64,000 bases of DNA from an uncultured Acidimicrobiales bacterium (lineage in GTDB: Bacteria; Actinomycetota; Acidimicrobiia; Acidimicrobiales; DATKAS01), in the NCBI GenBank assembly GCA_963733765.1, contig CAVTEI010000003.1, forward strand, positions 501,453 through 565,452, in the 5' to 3' direction. Below the pieces are notes generated by a model. That model was not told the origin of the DNA. It ran no database searches and worked only from the letters and a program-made list of their open reading frames with translations. Positions 9,270-18,833 of the stretch are shown here, piece after piece (the stretch's first letter is position 1; each line of letters begins with the position of its first letter). The position numbers and the translations under genes are program-made.

Positions 9270-9539
9270 ATGATCGCGTTCGTGGCGCTGCTGGTCGGAT
9301 ATGTCATCGGAGCAAAGGCGGGCAGCAAGGACCTCGACGACGTGGTCGGGGCCCTGAAGCGGCTCGGCGGAACCCAAGAGTTCGCAGATGTCGTCACCGC
9401 GACCCGTAGTCACCTCGGTCACACGTTGCGCGAGCTCGCGTCAGTAGTGGACTCACCAGGAGCGGCGACAGAGGAAGCCTCCGACCTCGTCGACCGGGTC
9501 AGACATCTCTTCGCTGGAGACGCCCAGTCCGTCGGCTAG
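9270..9539 (+). CDS. Small membrane-anchored hypothetical protein
   Basis: N-terminal hydrophobic MIAFVALLVGYVIGAKAG, GGAG RBS, 2 nt after the PadR-YceI stop. Confidence 0.65.
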   Translation: MIAFVALLVGYVIGAKAGSKDLDDVVGALKRLGGTQEFADVVTATRSHLGHTLRELASVVDSPGAATEEASDLVDRVRHLFAGDAQSVG

Positions 9540-10319
9540 GCGCGGTCCGTGACGTCCTGGCCGATGCCGCGCAGTCCGACCACAGAGCCATCCGACCCGA
9601 TCATCGGTTGACCGCGCGCGTGGACGGTACGGACGGCCTCGTCCGGTCGGACAACGCGGTACTCGTGCTCGAACGCGCGGCCTGACTCGACCGACGCCTC
9701 CATAGCGGCTCGCACCGAGTCCCGGTCGTCAATGTGGATGGCGCGGAGATGAGCATCGAGCGTGCCGTCGAACGACAGCGGGTCGACGCCGTGAATGCGG
9801 TGGTACTCGTCGCTCCACTGCACCGCCCCGGTCCGGAGGTCCCACAACCAGCTCCCGACGCTCGCCAACGACTCGCTCTCGCGAACCCTCGCCTCGACCT
9901 CAGCCAAGCTCGCCTGTGCGAGACGCTGCTCGGTGATGTCGCGCGCGATGAGGACCGCCGCCGCCGGTACGCCATCGTCGCCAAACACCGGGCAGAGCGA
10001 GAGCGAGATCGGCACGGGCATGCCATCCTTGCGCAGGATCTCCGTCTCGAAGTGGTCGACGCGATCCCCCGCCATGGCGGTCTCGATCATGGCCTCCACC
10101 TCGCCCCGGAGATGATCGGCGAACACGTCGATGCACTGGTGGCCAACGATCTCTTCGGCGCTGAACCCGAAGAGCCGCTCGGCAGTCAGGTTCCACGTCA
10201 TCACCCGCGCGGCTCGCGTCCTGGCTCAAGATCGCGTCCTCGGACGTCTCGAGCACCGCGTCGAGCACGGCTCTCGCCGAGACCGCGGAGACCGACGTGG
10301 ACGGGCGGGGCTTGGTCAT
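9536..10319 (-). CDS. Tandem PAS-PAS protein without output domain (apparent frameshift near 10210)
   Basis: N-terminal SEDAILSQD in one frame joins MTWNLTAERLFGFSAEEIVG...RKDG...RDITE; second PAS_3 (GSWLWD...WSDE...IH.DDR...QDVTDR) then stop. Confidence 0.8.
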
Positions 10320-10347
10320 CTGGGCGTCATGCTCTCAGATGGAACGC

Positions 10348-11119
10348 CTATCGTCCGGCGGCTCCGAGCCAGGCGCACCACTCGTCGACGCCCTGCCCGG
10401 TCTGCGCGCTGACCTCGATCACGCGGACATCGGGGTTCACGTCTTGCAGGTGCGTGAAAAAGCGATCCAGATCGAAGTCGAGGTGCGGAAGCAGATCGAC
10501 CTTGTTCACCAGCACGACGTCGACCGAGCGGAACATCACCGGGTACTTCAGGGGCTTCTCCTCACCTTCGGTCACCGCGTACACCATCGCTCTTGCGTGC
10601 GCTCCGACGTCGAACTCCGCGGGACATACGAGGTTGCCCACGTTCTCGATGAGCAAGACAGTCAATGGCGTCGAGCGGCAGCCTGCTCAAACCCGAGCGC
10701 ACCATGACCGCATCGAGGTGGCACTCGCCACCGAAGCCTGCGCTGGTGTTCACCAGTGAGATCGCGGCCCCGAGCCCTGAGAGCTGGTCGGCGTCGAGGC
10801 TGGTGGCGATGTCGCCCTCGAGCACACCGACCCGACACTTCTCGCCGAGCGCGACGAGTGTTTGCTTCAGCAGGGTCGTCTTGCCCGCGCCGGGAGACGA
10901 CATGAGGTTCACCGCCCACACGCCGCTTCTGTCGAGGTCGGCGCGGTTCCGCTCGGCAACCCGGTCGTTCTCGGACAGGATCGACTGGAGCACGGCCACT
11001 CGGGATGGGCCGGTCTCGACATAGCCGCTGTGGTCTCCCACGTCCCGATGGTCGTGCTCGTGCTCGGGGTCGTCGTGCTCGTGCTCGGTGCCGTCAGCGT
11101 GACGATGGAAGCGCCCCAT
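10348..11119 (-). CDS. hypB: Hydrogenase nickel-incorporation GTPase HypB (apparent frameshift near 10660)
   Basis: His-rich N-terminus, SSPGAGKTT, GGECHLDA; then IENVGNLVCPAEFDVG, EGEEKPLKYP, NKVDL in the next frame. Confidence 0.92.
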
Positions 11120-11463
11120 CAGCGATCGCCCCCGACGAGATCGAACGAGGCGAGCTGGAGCTCGTCTCCGCTCACGAGCTCGACGTTGTGGCTTTCACAT
11201 TCCGAGCAGGCCAGGACCGGCCACGAGAGCGTCGTCTCGGCGCCGCACTCTCGACAGCACACAACCGCCGGCACGTGCTCGATCGCCAGCGCACAGCCCT
11301 CCAGCTCGGTGCCCTGCGTGAGCATCTCCCACGAGAACTGAAGGGAGCCGGGCACGACCTGTCGCAGGTAGCCGATCCGCACGTCGACGCGGCGAACCGG
11401 TCGGCCTGTCGCGCGCTGGCCGACCGTGTCGAGGATGGCCTGGCACAGAGACAGCTCGTGCAT
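11119..11463 (-). CDS. hypA: Hydrogenase nickel chaperone HypA
   Basis: MHELS start, CxxC...CxxC, GDEL. Confidence 0.93.
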   Translation of the reverse strand: MHELSLCQAILDTVGQRATGRPVRRVDVRIGYLRQVVPGSLQFSWEMLTQGTELEGCALAIEHVPAVVCCRECGAETTLSWPVLACSECESHNVELVSGDELQLASFDLVGGDR

Positions 11464-11479
11464 CAGCGCCACCCCATCG

Positions 11480-12613
11480 TCACACCGACGCCCGACCGAG
11501 GGTGACCGCGGCCTCGCGATGTAGCCGTCCGAAGTTGTAGTACGCGGCGCACGCTCCCTCGGACGACACCATGCACGTGCCGATCGGCGTCTCGGGTGTG
11601 CACGCGGTGCCGAAGACCTTGCACTCCCACGGCTTGATCACACCCTTCAGCACTTCGCCGCACTGGCACGCCTTGGGGTCGGCGACGCGAACTCCGGGCA
11701 CCGCGAAACGCAGCTCCGCGTCCCACGGCGCGAACTCCTCGCGGAGCTTGAGCGCGCTCTGCGCGATGAAGCCGAGGCCCCTCCACTCGAAGTGCGGTCG
11801 TAGCTCGAACACCTCGGCGAGGAACTGAAGCGCGCGGGGGTTGCCCTCGTCGCGAACGATCCGCGTGTACTGGTTCTCGATCTCGCAACGCCCCTCGCGG
11901 ATCTGAGCCAGCAACATCGCGATGGCTTGCAGGATGTCGAGCGGCTCGAAGCCGGCCGTCACGAGCGGCTTTCCGTAGTCACGCGCCACGAACCGATACG
12001 GGTGGTTGCCAACGACGGTCGAGACGTGGCCGGGGCCGAGGAAGCCGTCGAGACGCAGGTCGGGCGAGTCGAGGATCGCCTTGATGGGCGGCACGATCGT
12101 CACGTGGTTGGAGAAGACGCTGAAGTTCATCACCCGGTCATCGCGGGCCTTGACGAGGGTGACGGCGGTGGAGGGCGCCGTGGTCTCGAAGCCGACGGCA
12201 AAGAACACAACCTGCCGGTCGGGGTTGTCGACCGCCACCTTCAGCGCATCGAGCGGCGAGTAGACGAACCGCACGTCGGCGCCGCGAGCCTTCGCTTCGA
12301 GCAACGTCCCGTTGCCTCCGGGCACGCGCATCATGTCGCCGAAGCTCGTGAAGATGACACCCGGGGTTTCGGCGACGGCGATGGCGTCGTCGATCCTCCC
12401 CATCGGGATGACGCAGACCGGGCAGCCCGGGCCGTGCACCAGCTCGACGTTGCGAGGCAGCACGTGCTCGATCCCGTGCCGGTAGATGGTGTGCGTGTGG
12501 CCCCCGCACACCTCCATGAACTTGTAGTGGCACTCGGTGCCGGCGAGCTCGGCGATGGTCGCGAGCACGCGGCGCGAGGCGACCGGATCGCGGTACTCGT
12601 CGACGAACCTCAT
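11480..12613 (-). CDS. hypD: Hydrogenase maturation protein HypD
   Basis: MEVCGGHTH, GPGCPVC, GFETT, PGHVS, CMVSSEGACAAYY. Confidence 0.97.
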   Translation of the reverse strand: MRFVDEYRDPVASRRVLATIAELAGTECHYKFMEVCGGHTHTIYRHGIEHVLPRNVELVHGPGCPVCVIPMGRIDDAIAVAETPGVIFTSFGDMMRVPGGNGTLLEAKARGADVRFVYSPLDALKVAVDNPDRQVVFFAVGFETTAPSTAVTLVKARDDRVMNFSVFSNHVTIVPPIKAILDSPDLRLDGFLGPGHVSTVVGNHPYRFVARDYGKPLVTAGFEPLDILQAIAMLLAQIREGRCEIENQYTRIVRDEGNPRALQFLAEVFELRPHFEWRGLGFIAQSALKLREEFAPWDAELRFAVPGVRVADPKACQCGEVLKGVIKPWECKVFGTACTPETPIGTCMVSSEGACAAYYNFGRLHREAAVTLGRASV

Positions 12614-12879
12614 GGCGCGGTGCCTCTCAGCATCTCCATCTCGTCGTCGAGGCCCGACCCCATCAGCCGAAGCGAAGCCAGTGCAACCGCCGCCTCCTCC
12701 TCGTCGATCTTCGACATCGCGAAGCCGACGTGGATCAGCACCCAGTCACCGACCTCGAGCGCCTCGTCCTCGAGCAGTCCGATGTTGATCATCCGGCGCA
12801 CGCCCGACACCTCGACGCGCGCGAGCTGGTCGTTGTCCGGAACGAACTCGACGAGCTGACCGGGTATGCCAAGACACAT
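12610..12879 (-). CDS. hypC: Hydrogenase chaperone HypC
   Basis: MCLGIPG start and GDWVLIHVGFA. Confidence 0.96.
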   Translation of the reverse strand: MCLGIPGQLVEFVPDNDQLARVEVSGVRRMINIGLLEDEALEVGDWVLIHVGFAMSKIDEEEAAVALASLRLMGSGLDDEMEMLRGTAP

Positions 12880-12909
12880 GTCCGAAGCTCCTACTGCTCG
12901 GTCATCGGG

Positions 12910-13029
12910 TCACATCCGCCGGAGACGGCGATACCGCGAGATGTCCGGTATCGAGATGAGAACGAAGACGATCGCGGCGAGCACCAGCACCACGACGATG
13001 CTGATGAAGACGATCCCGAGTACTTCCAT
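12910..13029 (-). CDS. Small membrane protein, 39 aa (DUF6893-like), copy 2
   Basis: Not in the ORF track. MEVLGIVFISIVVVLVLAAIVFVLISIPDISRYRRLRRM; fills the gap in the operon. Confidence 0.75.
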   Translation of the reverse strand: MEVLGIVFISIVVVLVLAAIVFVLISIPDISRYRRLRRM

Positions 13030-13032
13030 GGG

Positions 13033-13137
13033 TCACATCCTCTTGAGGTTGAGGTAACGGCGGACCTCGGGCGCGATCTCTCTCAACACGACGACGGCAC
13101 CGGCGAGGAGGGCGAGCATCATCAGGCGACGGAGCAC
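13033..13137 (-). CDS. Small membrane protein, 34 aa (DUF6893-like), copy 3
   Basis: Not in the ORF track. GTG start after a strong [10 protein letters not shown]; MLRRLMMLALLAGAVVVLREIAPEVRRYLNLKRM. Confidence 0.75.
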   Translation of the reverse strand: MLRRLMMLALLAGAVVVLREIAPEVRRYLNLKRM

Positions 13138-13595
13138 GGGTCACTCCTTTCTGCGAGGAAGTCCTGGACGACGCGGACGGCGGGCTCCACGGCAGCGGCG
13201 ACGGCCGGCGACAGCCCGATGCCCTCGCCTACGTCGGCGGGCTGACACCCGACGATGACCACCCTGCCGACCCCGCCGCCGAGCTCGGCCACCATCCTGA
13301 GCACGGCATGGGGGTCCATCCGGTGGGCGTCGAGCGGTTCGGCGTCGGCGCCTTCTGGGTCGGGCTCCAGCACACACACGGTGCCGGCACCGTCGCCAGT
13401 TGCCATCGCGTCCACGAGCACCAAGAGGTCCACGCCTTCAAGGAGATCGAGCGCGAGATGCAGCCCTCGGATGCCGTAGTCGATGACGGTCACCTCCGGG
13501 GGGAGAGGACGATCCTGCAGGTGTCGGGCGACCTCGCATCCGAAGCCGTCGTCACGGTTGAAGATGTTCCCGATCCCCGCGACGAGCGTCTTCAC
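13122..13595 (-). CDS. Hydrogenase maturation endopeptidase (HybD/HupD family)
   Basis: LVAGIGNIFNRDDGFG, DYGIRGLHL, VDA, DAH.MDP, VGCQP, GLS. Confidence 0.92.
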   Translation of the reverse strand: MKTLVAGIGNIFNRDDGFGCEVARHLQDRPLPPEVTVIDYGIRGLHLALDLLEGVDLLVLVDAMATGDGAGTVCVLEPDPEGADAEPLDAHRMDPHAVLRMVAELGGGVGRVVIVGCQPADVGEGIGLSPAVAAAVEPAVRVVQDFLAERSDPCSVA

Positions 13596-14926
13596 AGCGG
13601 CTCGACTTCGTCGGGGTGGAAGTACATGTAGCGGCCATGCCACTGATGCAGATCGGCGGCTTCGTCGTCGTCGAGGACGACGGCAACGTGCTGGTCACCG
13701 TCGACATCGAAGAAGACACCCTCGACGGTCGCCTCGCGTCCCGCGAGGAACAAGTCCTGCGCATCGGTGCGTCGCCCCGCGACCTGGCCGGGACGGAGCC
13801 GCACCTTGCTTCCCTTGCTCACGTCGACGCCGCCGATGCAGATCGAGTCCTCCCACGGGTTCACCGACCCATCCACGGCCGGCTCCCACCACGGCAACGC
13901 CGCGTCGGCGGCCGTCGAGAGGCCGAGCGCTCGCATCTCACCATGAAGGCTCGCGAACACATCCGGAGAGAATCCCTCGATGCGGTCGACGATCGCCGCG
14001 GCGCGCGGGTCAGTGCTGCGGGCGAGACGCTTCTCGTCATCGGTCAACGTCAGGATGCGCAACGCGAGGATCTCGTCGATCTCGGTGGCGTCGCACATGT
14101 CGCCCGGGCTTTGCGCAGCGACCGCGGGATAGTCGTAGAGGATGATCGGCGAGGACAGCACCGTGCTCGCCTCGCCCGGCTCGCCGACGAGGACCGGAAA
14201 CGTGCCCTCGTTCTTGCAAGTGTCGATCGCGGCCCTCGCGAACTCTGGAGGCTCGAGCAGCGAGATGAAGCGCGCGTCCTCGGAGTGCAACAGCGTGTGG
14301 ACCGCGACGAGCGATCGGCGCATGGCGTGGTCGCGGGCTACCTGGGGCTCGCACCCGTCGGTGACGTTCTCCACCGTAACCCTCAGCTTGGTCAGCGGGT
14401 ATGGCCCCGGACAGTGCTCGGTCTCGAGTCGGACCAGACCGTGCACCGGCCACCGCTCGCGCACGACGCGGCCCCGCCCACCGAGCAGCTCGACCTCGCG
14501 CCCACCACCGAGCACGATCGGGACCTCGCGCATCCCTGGTCGGGTGAGGTCGAAGCCGGGGACGTCGAGTGAGTGCTCCACGGCCTCGTCCCAGCTCGCC
14601 CACAGCTCGCCGTCGACTTCGAGCTCGGCCACGGGCTTGTAGTCAGTGGCGACCGCTTCTTCAACGGTGCGGGCCTGCACCTGGAGGAACCGCAGCCGGA
14701 TGTCGACCTTGGCCTCGAGCCCGAATTCGAGCACGCATTCGGTTTGCATCGTCCAGCGCTCGTAGCCGTCCGCTTCGCTGAATGCTCGAGGAGCGAGGAC
14801 TCCGTACTGCCACCGCACCTGGTTCTTCGCCGCTGAGGCGCGGTAGGGATAGAGCACGTATCCCTCCCACAGCACCGCGTCCGCGACCTGCTGCGCGCGA
14901 ACGAAGAGATCATCGTGGCCGCTCAC
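13592..14926 (-). CDS. Conserved accessory protein of group 1h hydrogenase clusters
   Basis: ADAVLWEGYVLYPYR, SSPIILYDYP, DATEIDEIL, DAQDLFL and GRYMYFHPDEVEPL motifs; coupled to neighbouring genes. Confidence 0.75.
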   Translation of the reverse strand: MSGHDDLFVRAQQVADAVLWEGYVLYPYRASAAKNQVRWQYGVLAPRAFSEADGYERWTMQTECVLEFGLEAKVDIRLRFLQVQARTVEEAVATDYKPVAELEVDGELWASWDEAVEHSLDVPGFDLTRPGMREVPIVLGGGREVELLGGRGRVVRERWPVHGLVRLETEHCPGPYPLTKLRVTVENVTDGCEPQVARDHAMRRSLVAVHTLLHSEDARFISLLEPPEFARAAIDTCKNEGTFPVLVGEPGEASTVLSSPIILYDYPAVAAQSPGDMCDATEIDEILALRILTLTDDEKRLARSTDPRAAAIVDRIEGFSPDVFASLHGEMRALGLSTAADAALPWWEPAVDGSVNPWEDSICIGGVDVSKGSKVRLRPGQVAGRRTDAQDLFLAGREATVEGVFFDVDGDQHVAVVLDDDEAADLHQWHGRYMYFHPDEVEPL

Positions 14927-15552
14927 TCCGCCTCCTTGAGGAGGCGTTCGAACGTGTCCTCCCAAGAGGTCAGTGCGCGCTCGGCCTTGTAGCGAGTGAG
15001 CGCGTCGATCGTCTCGCGGCTGACGCGGATCCAACCACTGTTCGGGAAGAAGCTGTCCATCGTCGCCCGCCACACCGCGACCGGCAGGCGGTGCTCCGCC
15101 TCGACGTTCCAGGGAACCGGCTGCACGACGAGCCCCCCGTTGCGATAGCTGAACACCGTGCCGCTGAACAGCAGGACGATCGGGATCTCGCCGTCGCCGA
15201 TCGAGTGCAGGTACTTCGCTGCCGCCACCTCGAAGTCGTACGAGCACGGAACGGGGAGATCGACCTCGACACTGCCCGCGAACTCAGCGACCGTCGTCGA
15301 CACGTGTGTCCACAGGAACGGCTTGACGGTCTCACCCCAACGAGGCGCCTCGCCGAAGAGCTCGACCATCCGCTGCTCTTCCGCTTCGGAGTAGCGACGG
15401 CGCTGCGGTTCGATGCGAATCTGCACCTTCAGCACCATCGCGTGCACAGGCTCGGCTTCAGGTGCCTCGATGCGCAGCCGCAGCTGCAGCGTGGGCGACG
15501 CGGCGTAAGGGTCGGGCTGGCTCGACAGCACCGTGACCGCGAGATCGGTCAT
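14923..15552 (-). CDS. DUF6084-like hydrogenase accessory protein
   Basis: QIRIEPQRRRY, ELFGE..RW, PCSYDFEVAAAKY, LLFSGTVF. Confidence 0.75.
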   Translation of the reverse strand: MTDLAVTVLSSQPDPYAASPTLQLRLRIEAPEAEPVHAMVLKVQIRIEPQRRRYSEAEEQRMVELFGEAPRWGETVKPFLWTHVSTTVAEFAGSVEVDLPVPCSYDFEVAAAKYLHSIGDGEIPIVLLFSGTVFSYRNGGLVVQPVPWNVEAEHRLPVAVWRATMDSFFPNSGWIRVSRETIDALTRYKAERALTSWEDTFERLLKEAE

Positions 15553-16160
15553 CGCGCTCGCTCCCGGAGACGCTCGAAGAACGCGTCCATCGCTTCGCGC
15601 GCTTCGGTACCCCCGTCGAATCCTTTCCAAAGGCGACGCAGCTCGCCGACGAGCTCGTAACACGCGTCGATCGGAACGAGGAACGCGTCCCCGTGCTTCG
15701 CGTCGCGTCGGACCAACAGGGCCTCGACGTCGGCCTCCATGGTGCCGAGCACCTCGTTGTCGGCGACCAGTCGGTCCCAGGCGTCGAGCGGGAGCAGCGA
15801 CTCGGTTGCACCGGCAGGGCTCGGGTAGAAGGCAGCGACGGAGCCGAGCGTCGAGTTGAAGAAGAAAAACGCGACGCTCACCGGTATCTGCAGCTCGTCC
15901 CACGCCCCCGGTGCGATCGACAGCTCGCCGAGCGCCAGGTAACGATCCGGGACGGCGCGGTACTTGCCGCCCCCAGCACCGTGGCTCGTGAACAGCAGCC
16001 AGCATCCCCGACACGTGCACATGAGCGAACGGCTCTCGGTGTTGACGACGTGCTCGTGCTCGTCGGGAACGAGCTCACCGCACATGTCGCACCGCTCGCC
16101 GGGCCGCGGTCGAGCCGGCGCTTGGCGGATCCGCTGGAGGACGGCGAGCGGGTCCTTCAT
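15549..16160 (-). CDS. DUF5947-like hydrogenase accessory protein
   Basis: ERCDMC...H.H...LMCTCRGC, YPSPAGATES, PIDACYELVG..R..WKGFDGG. Confidence 0.75.
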   Translation of the reverse strand: MKDPLAVLQRIRQAPARPRPGERCDMCGELVPDEHEHVVNTESRSLMCTCRGCWLLFTSHGAGGGKYRAVPDRYLALGELSIAPGAWDELQIPVSVAFFFFNSTLGSVAAFYPSPAGATESLLPLDAWDRLVADNEVLGTMEADVEALLVRRDAKHGDAFLVPIDACYELVGELRRLWKGFDGGTEAREAMDAFFERLRERAR

Positions 16161-17020
16161 CGAACCGCCGCCACTGCGATGCGGACCTCGCCACCCTCCT
16201 CGATCAGTGGCAGCGGGTCGAGATGAGTGGTGTTGCCGTCGAGGCTGCGCCCGGCGCGGGGCAGGTCGTATGCCGCCCCGCACACGGCGCAGCGCAGGAC
16301 GGGACCGTCCACCGTGGCCGTATCGAGGACGCTGTCGCAGGTCGGGCAGGCACTGCGATACGCGTACAGCTGCGACTCGACCCTGCACACGATGAGCTTG
16401 TTGCCCTCGATCTCCAGCGGCCCGACCCGTCCGGGGGCGAGCGCACGCAGCCCGTAGATCGGTGCCATCGCGGGTGCGGGAGCGGGCTTGCGTCCGAGCG
16501 TGACGGGCATCCATCCGTCCGCGGCCTCGCCGGTCGTCGGCTCCCCTCCCTCCACAGAGATCGAGGTGATCTCCGGCGCCGCCTCCTCGATGGCTCGCTG
16601 GACGGCGAGCTCGAGCGTGACCGACGACGACGCGCACCCGTCACAGCTTCCGAGCATCCGCAACGTGACCACGCCCGCGTCCGCGTCGATGGAGATCACC
16701 TCGACGTCGCCGCCGTGCGACCCGAGATAGGGCCTGACCGACTCGATCGCCTCGTGGACGCGCTCGGCCAGCCCGAGGGGGTGGAGGTCGTGAAGGACGA
16801 GCAGAGACGCGACGAGATCGTCCCCCGCCATCTTGTGCAGAAGCGCGTCATCCTCGCCCGCGAGCTCGAGGATGCGGGCGAGTCCGCCGCCGTACAGCTC
16901 GGTCACGAGGCTGACGACGTCTTGCACCTGCTCCCAGCTGCGCCCGTCCAGTGACGATTCGAGCTGGTCGAGCATCTGCTCGATTCGGTCACCGATGGCT
17001 CGCAGGTCGATCGGTTCCAT
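16157..17020 (-). CDS. NifU-domain/Rieske-like Fe-S protein (HhyE-like)
   Basis: VRPYLGSHGGDVE and GSCDGC (NifU_C); C-terminal CPTC...CAVC Rieske-like domain; directly after the large subunit. Confidence 0.85.
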   Translation of the reverse strand: MEPIDLRAIGDRIEQMLDQLESSLDGRSWEQVQDVVSLVTELYGGGLARILELAGEDDALLHKMAGDDLVASLLVLHDLHPLGLAERVHEAIESVRPYLGSHGGDVEVISIDADAGVVTLRMLGSCDGCASSSVTLELAVQRAIEEAAPEITSISVEGGEPTTGEAADGWMPVTLGRKPAPAPAMAPIYGLRALAPGRVGPLEIEGNKLIVCRVESQLYAYRSACPTCDSVLDTATVDGPVLRCAVCGAAYDLPRAGRSLDGNTTHLDPLPLIEEGGEVRIAVAAVR

Positions 17021-17050
17021 GCGCTCCTCTCGGCGGCCGGGGATTGCTGG

Positions 17051-18829
17051 TCAGCTGTCGATGGTGGGGAATGCCGTGGGGGAGTGCTCCTTGTGCAACA
17101 CCTTGCCCTTGCCGAGATACATGTGCACACCGCACGGGAGGCACGGGTCGAAGCTGCGTACCGCCCGCATGATGTCGATGCCCTTGAAGTTGTCGAGGGA
17201 GTTCTCCTCGAAGATCGGCGTGTTCATGACCGCGTCCTCGTACGGTCCGGGCGTGCCGTAGCTGTCGGTGGGATTCGCGTTCCATGGCGTCGGGGGATAC
17301 GGGTGGTAGTTCGCGATCTTTCCGCCCTTGATCACCAGGTGGTGCGAGAGCACGCCCCGCACCGCTTCGGTGAAACCGCAGCCGATCGCCTCGTCCGGCA
17401 CCTTGAACTCGGCCCAGGTCTTCGTGTGGCCGGCCCGGATCTCCTCGAGGGACTTCTCCGCGAAGTGGAGGGCGGCCGCGGCGGCGTACGCCTGGAAGTA
17501 GGTGCGGGCGCGGTTGCGCTCGATGGTGTTCGACCACTGCGGGATCTTCCACTCGAGGGAGACCTCGGGCTTCAGTGCCGTCTTCGGAAGATGGATCTCG
17601 ACGCTGGTGCCGGTTGCCTTGATGTTGTTCGTGTTGACCAGGCCGGAGAGCGCGGTGGACCACAGCCGTGCGATCGGTCCGCCGCCGGTGTCGAGCGCGA
17701 GGTGATCCGTGCCGTCGAACCACCGCGGTGACATGACCCAGCTGTACTTGTCGGAGAAGTCACGCTTCTGCGGGTGCGGGTTCGTGTGCTGGTTCCAGGG
17801 ATGGCGCCGGTCGACCGGGTTCCCGAGCGGATCGGTCGTCACGAACATCTCCTGGCCTTCCCAGTCGTCGTAGTACGACGAGCCGAGAAGGATCCGGATG
17901 CCGAGGTTGATGTCGACGAGTGAGTTCGTCACGAGCTTGCCGTCGACGACGACGCCGGGCGTGACGAACATCGCCCGACCCCACCCGGCCATGTCGCGGT
18001 ACTCGAAGTTGCAGACGTCGGGGTCTTGGAACGCGCCCCAGCAGCCGAGCAGGACCCGGCGGCGGCCGTTCTCCTCGTAGCCCGGCATCGCGGTGTAGAT
18101 GAAGTCGAAGAGATCGTCGTGCATGGGCACGACCTTCTTCATGAACTCCACGTACCGCATGAGCCGCGTGATGTAGTCCGTGAAGAGCTGGATGGTCGCA
18201 GTGGTGCCGACCCCGCCCGGATAGAGCGTCGATGGATGAACGTGCCGTCCCTCCATGAGACAGAACATCTCCCGCGTGTACCGCGACACCTGCAACGCCT
18301 CGCGGTAGAACTCGCCAGAGAAGGGGTTGAGCGAGCGCATGATGTCGCCGATCGTGCGGTAGCCGTGCGCCTCGAAGTGCGGCGACTCCGTCCGGTTCGC
18401 CTGCTCGAGCACCCCTGGGTTGGTCTCGGCGACCATCTTCTCGCAGTAGTCCACTCCGACCAGGTTCTCCTGGAAGATGTTGTGGTCGAACATGTACTCC
18501 GCGGCCTCACCGAGGTTGACGATCCACTCACCGAGGTTCGGCGGACGCACTCCATACGCCATCTGCTGCGCGTAGCACGAGCACACCGCGTGGTTGTCGC
18601 CACAGATGCCGCAGATGCGGCTCGTGATGAAGTGCGCGTCGCGCGGGTCCTTGCCCTTCATGAAGATGCTGTAGCCGCGGAAGATCGACGAGGTGCTCTG
18701 GCACTCGGCGACCGTTCCCTTGCCGAAGTCGATCTTGGTGTAGATCCCGAGACTCCCGACGATTCGGGTGATCGGGTCCCACGCCATCTCGACGAGGCCG
18801 TTTGCGTCCGGGGTCTTGGTCATCGCCAT
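17051..18829 (-). CDS. hhyL: Group 1h [NiFe]-hydrogenase large subunit
   Basis: L1 TSRICGICGDNH and L2 SFDPCLPCGVH, characteristic of group 1h (former group 5); WDPITRIVG start; C-terminal extension. Confidence 0.95.
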   Translation of the reverse strand: MAMTKTPDANGLVEMAWDPITRIVGSLGIYTKIDFGKGTVAECQSTSSIFRGYSIFMKGKDPRDAHFITSRICGICGDNHAVCSCYAQQMAYGVRPPNLGEWIVNLGEAAEYMFDHNIFQENLVGVDYCEKMVAETNPGVLEQANRTESPHFEAHGYRTIGDIMRSLNPFSGEFYREALQVSRYTREMFCLMEGRHVHPSTLYPGGVGTTATIQLFTDYITRLMRYVEFMKKVVPMHDDLFDFIYTAMPGYEENGRRRVLLGCWGAFQDPDVCNFEYRDMAGWGRAMFVTPGVVVDGKLVTNSLVDINLGIRILLGSSYYDDWEGQEMFVTTDPLGNPVDRRHPWNQHTNPHPQKRDFSDKYSWVMSPRWFDGTDHLALDTGGGPIARLWSTALSGLVNTNNIKATGTSVEIHLPKTALKPEVSLEWKIPQWSNTIERNRARTYFQAYAAAAALHFAEKSLEEIRAGHTKTWAEFKVPDEAIGCGFTEAVRGVLSHHLVIKGGKIANYHPYPPTPWNANPTDSYGTPGPYEDAVMNTPIFEENSLDNFKGIDIMRAVRSFDPCLPCGVHMYLGKGKVLHKEHSPTAFPTIDS

Positions 18830-18833
18830 GGCG

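Noticed and set aside
10348-11119. Programmed frameshifting or true pseudogene in hypB
   Set aside because: No slippery heptamer at the junction, and similar indels are scattered across unrelated genes, favouring sequencing error.
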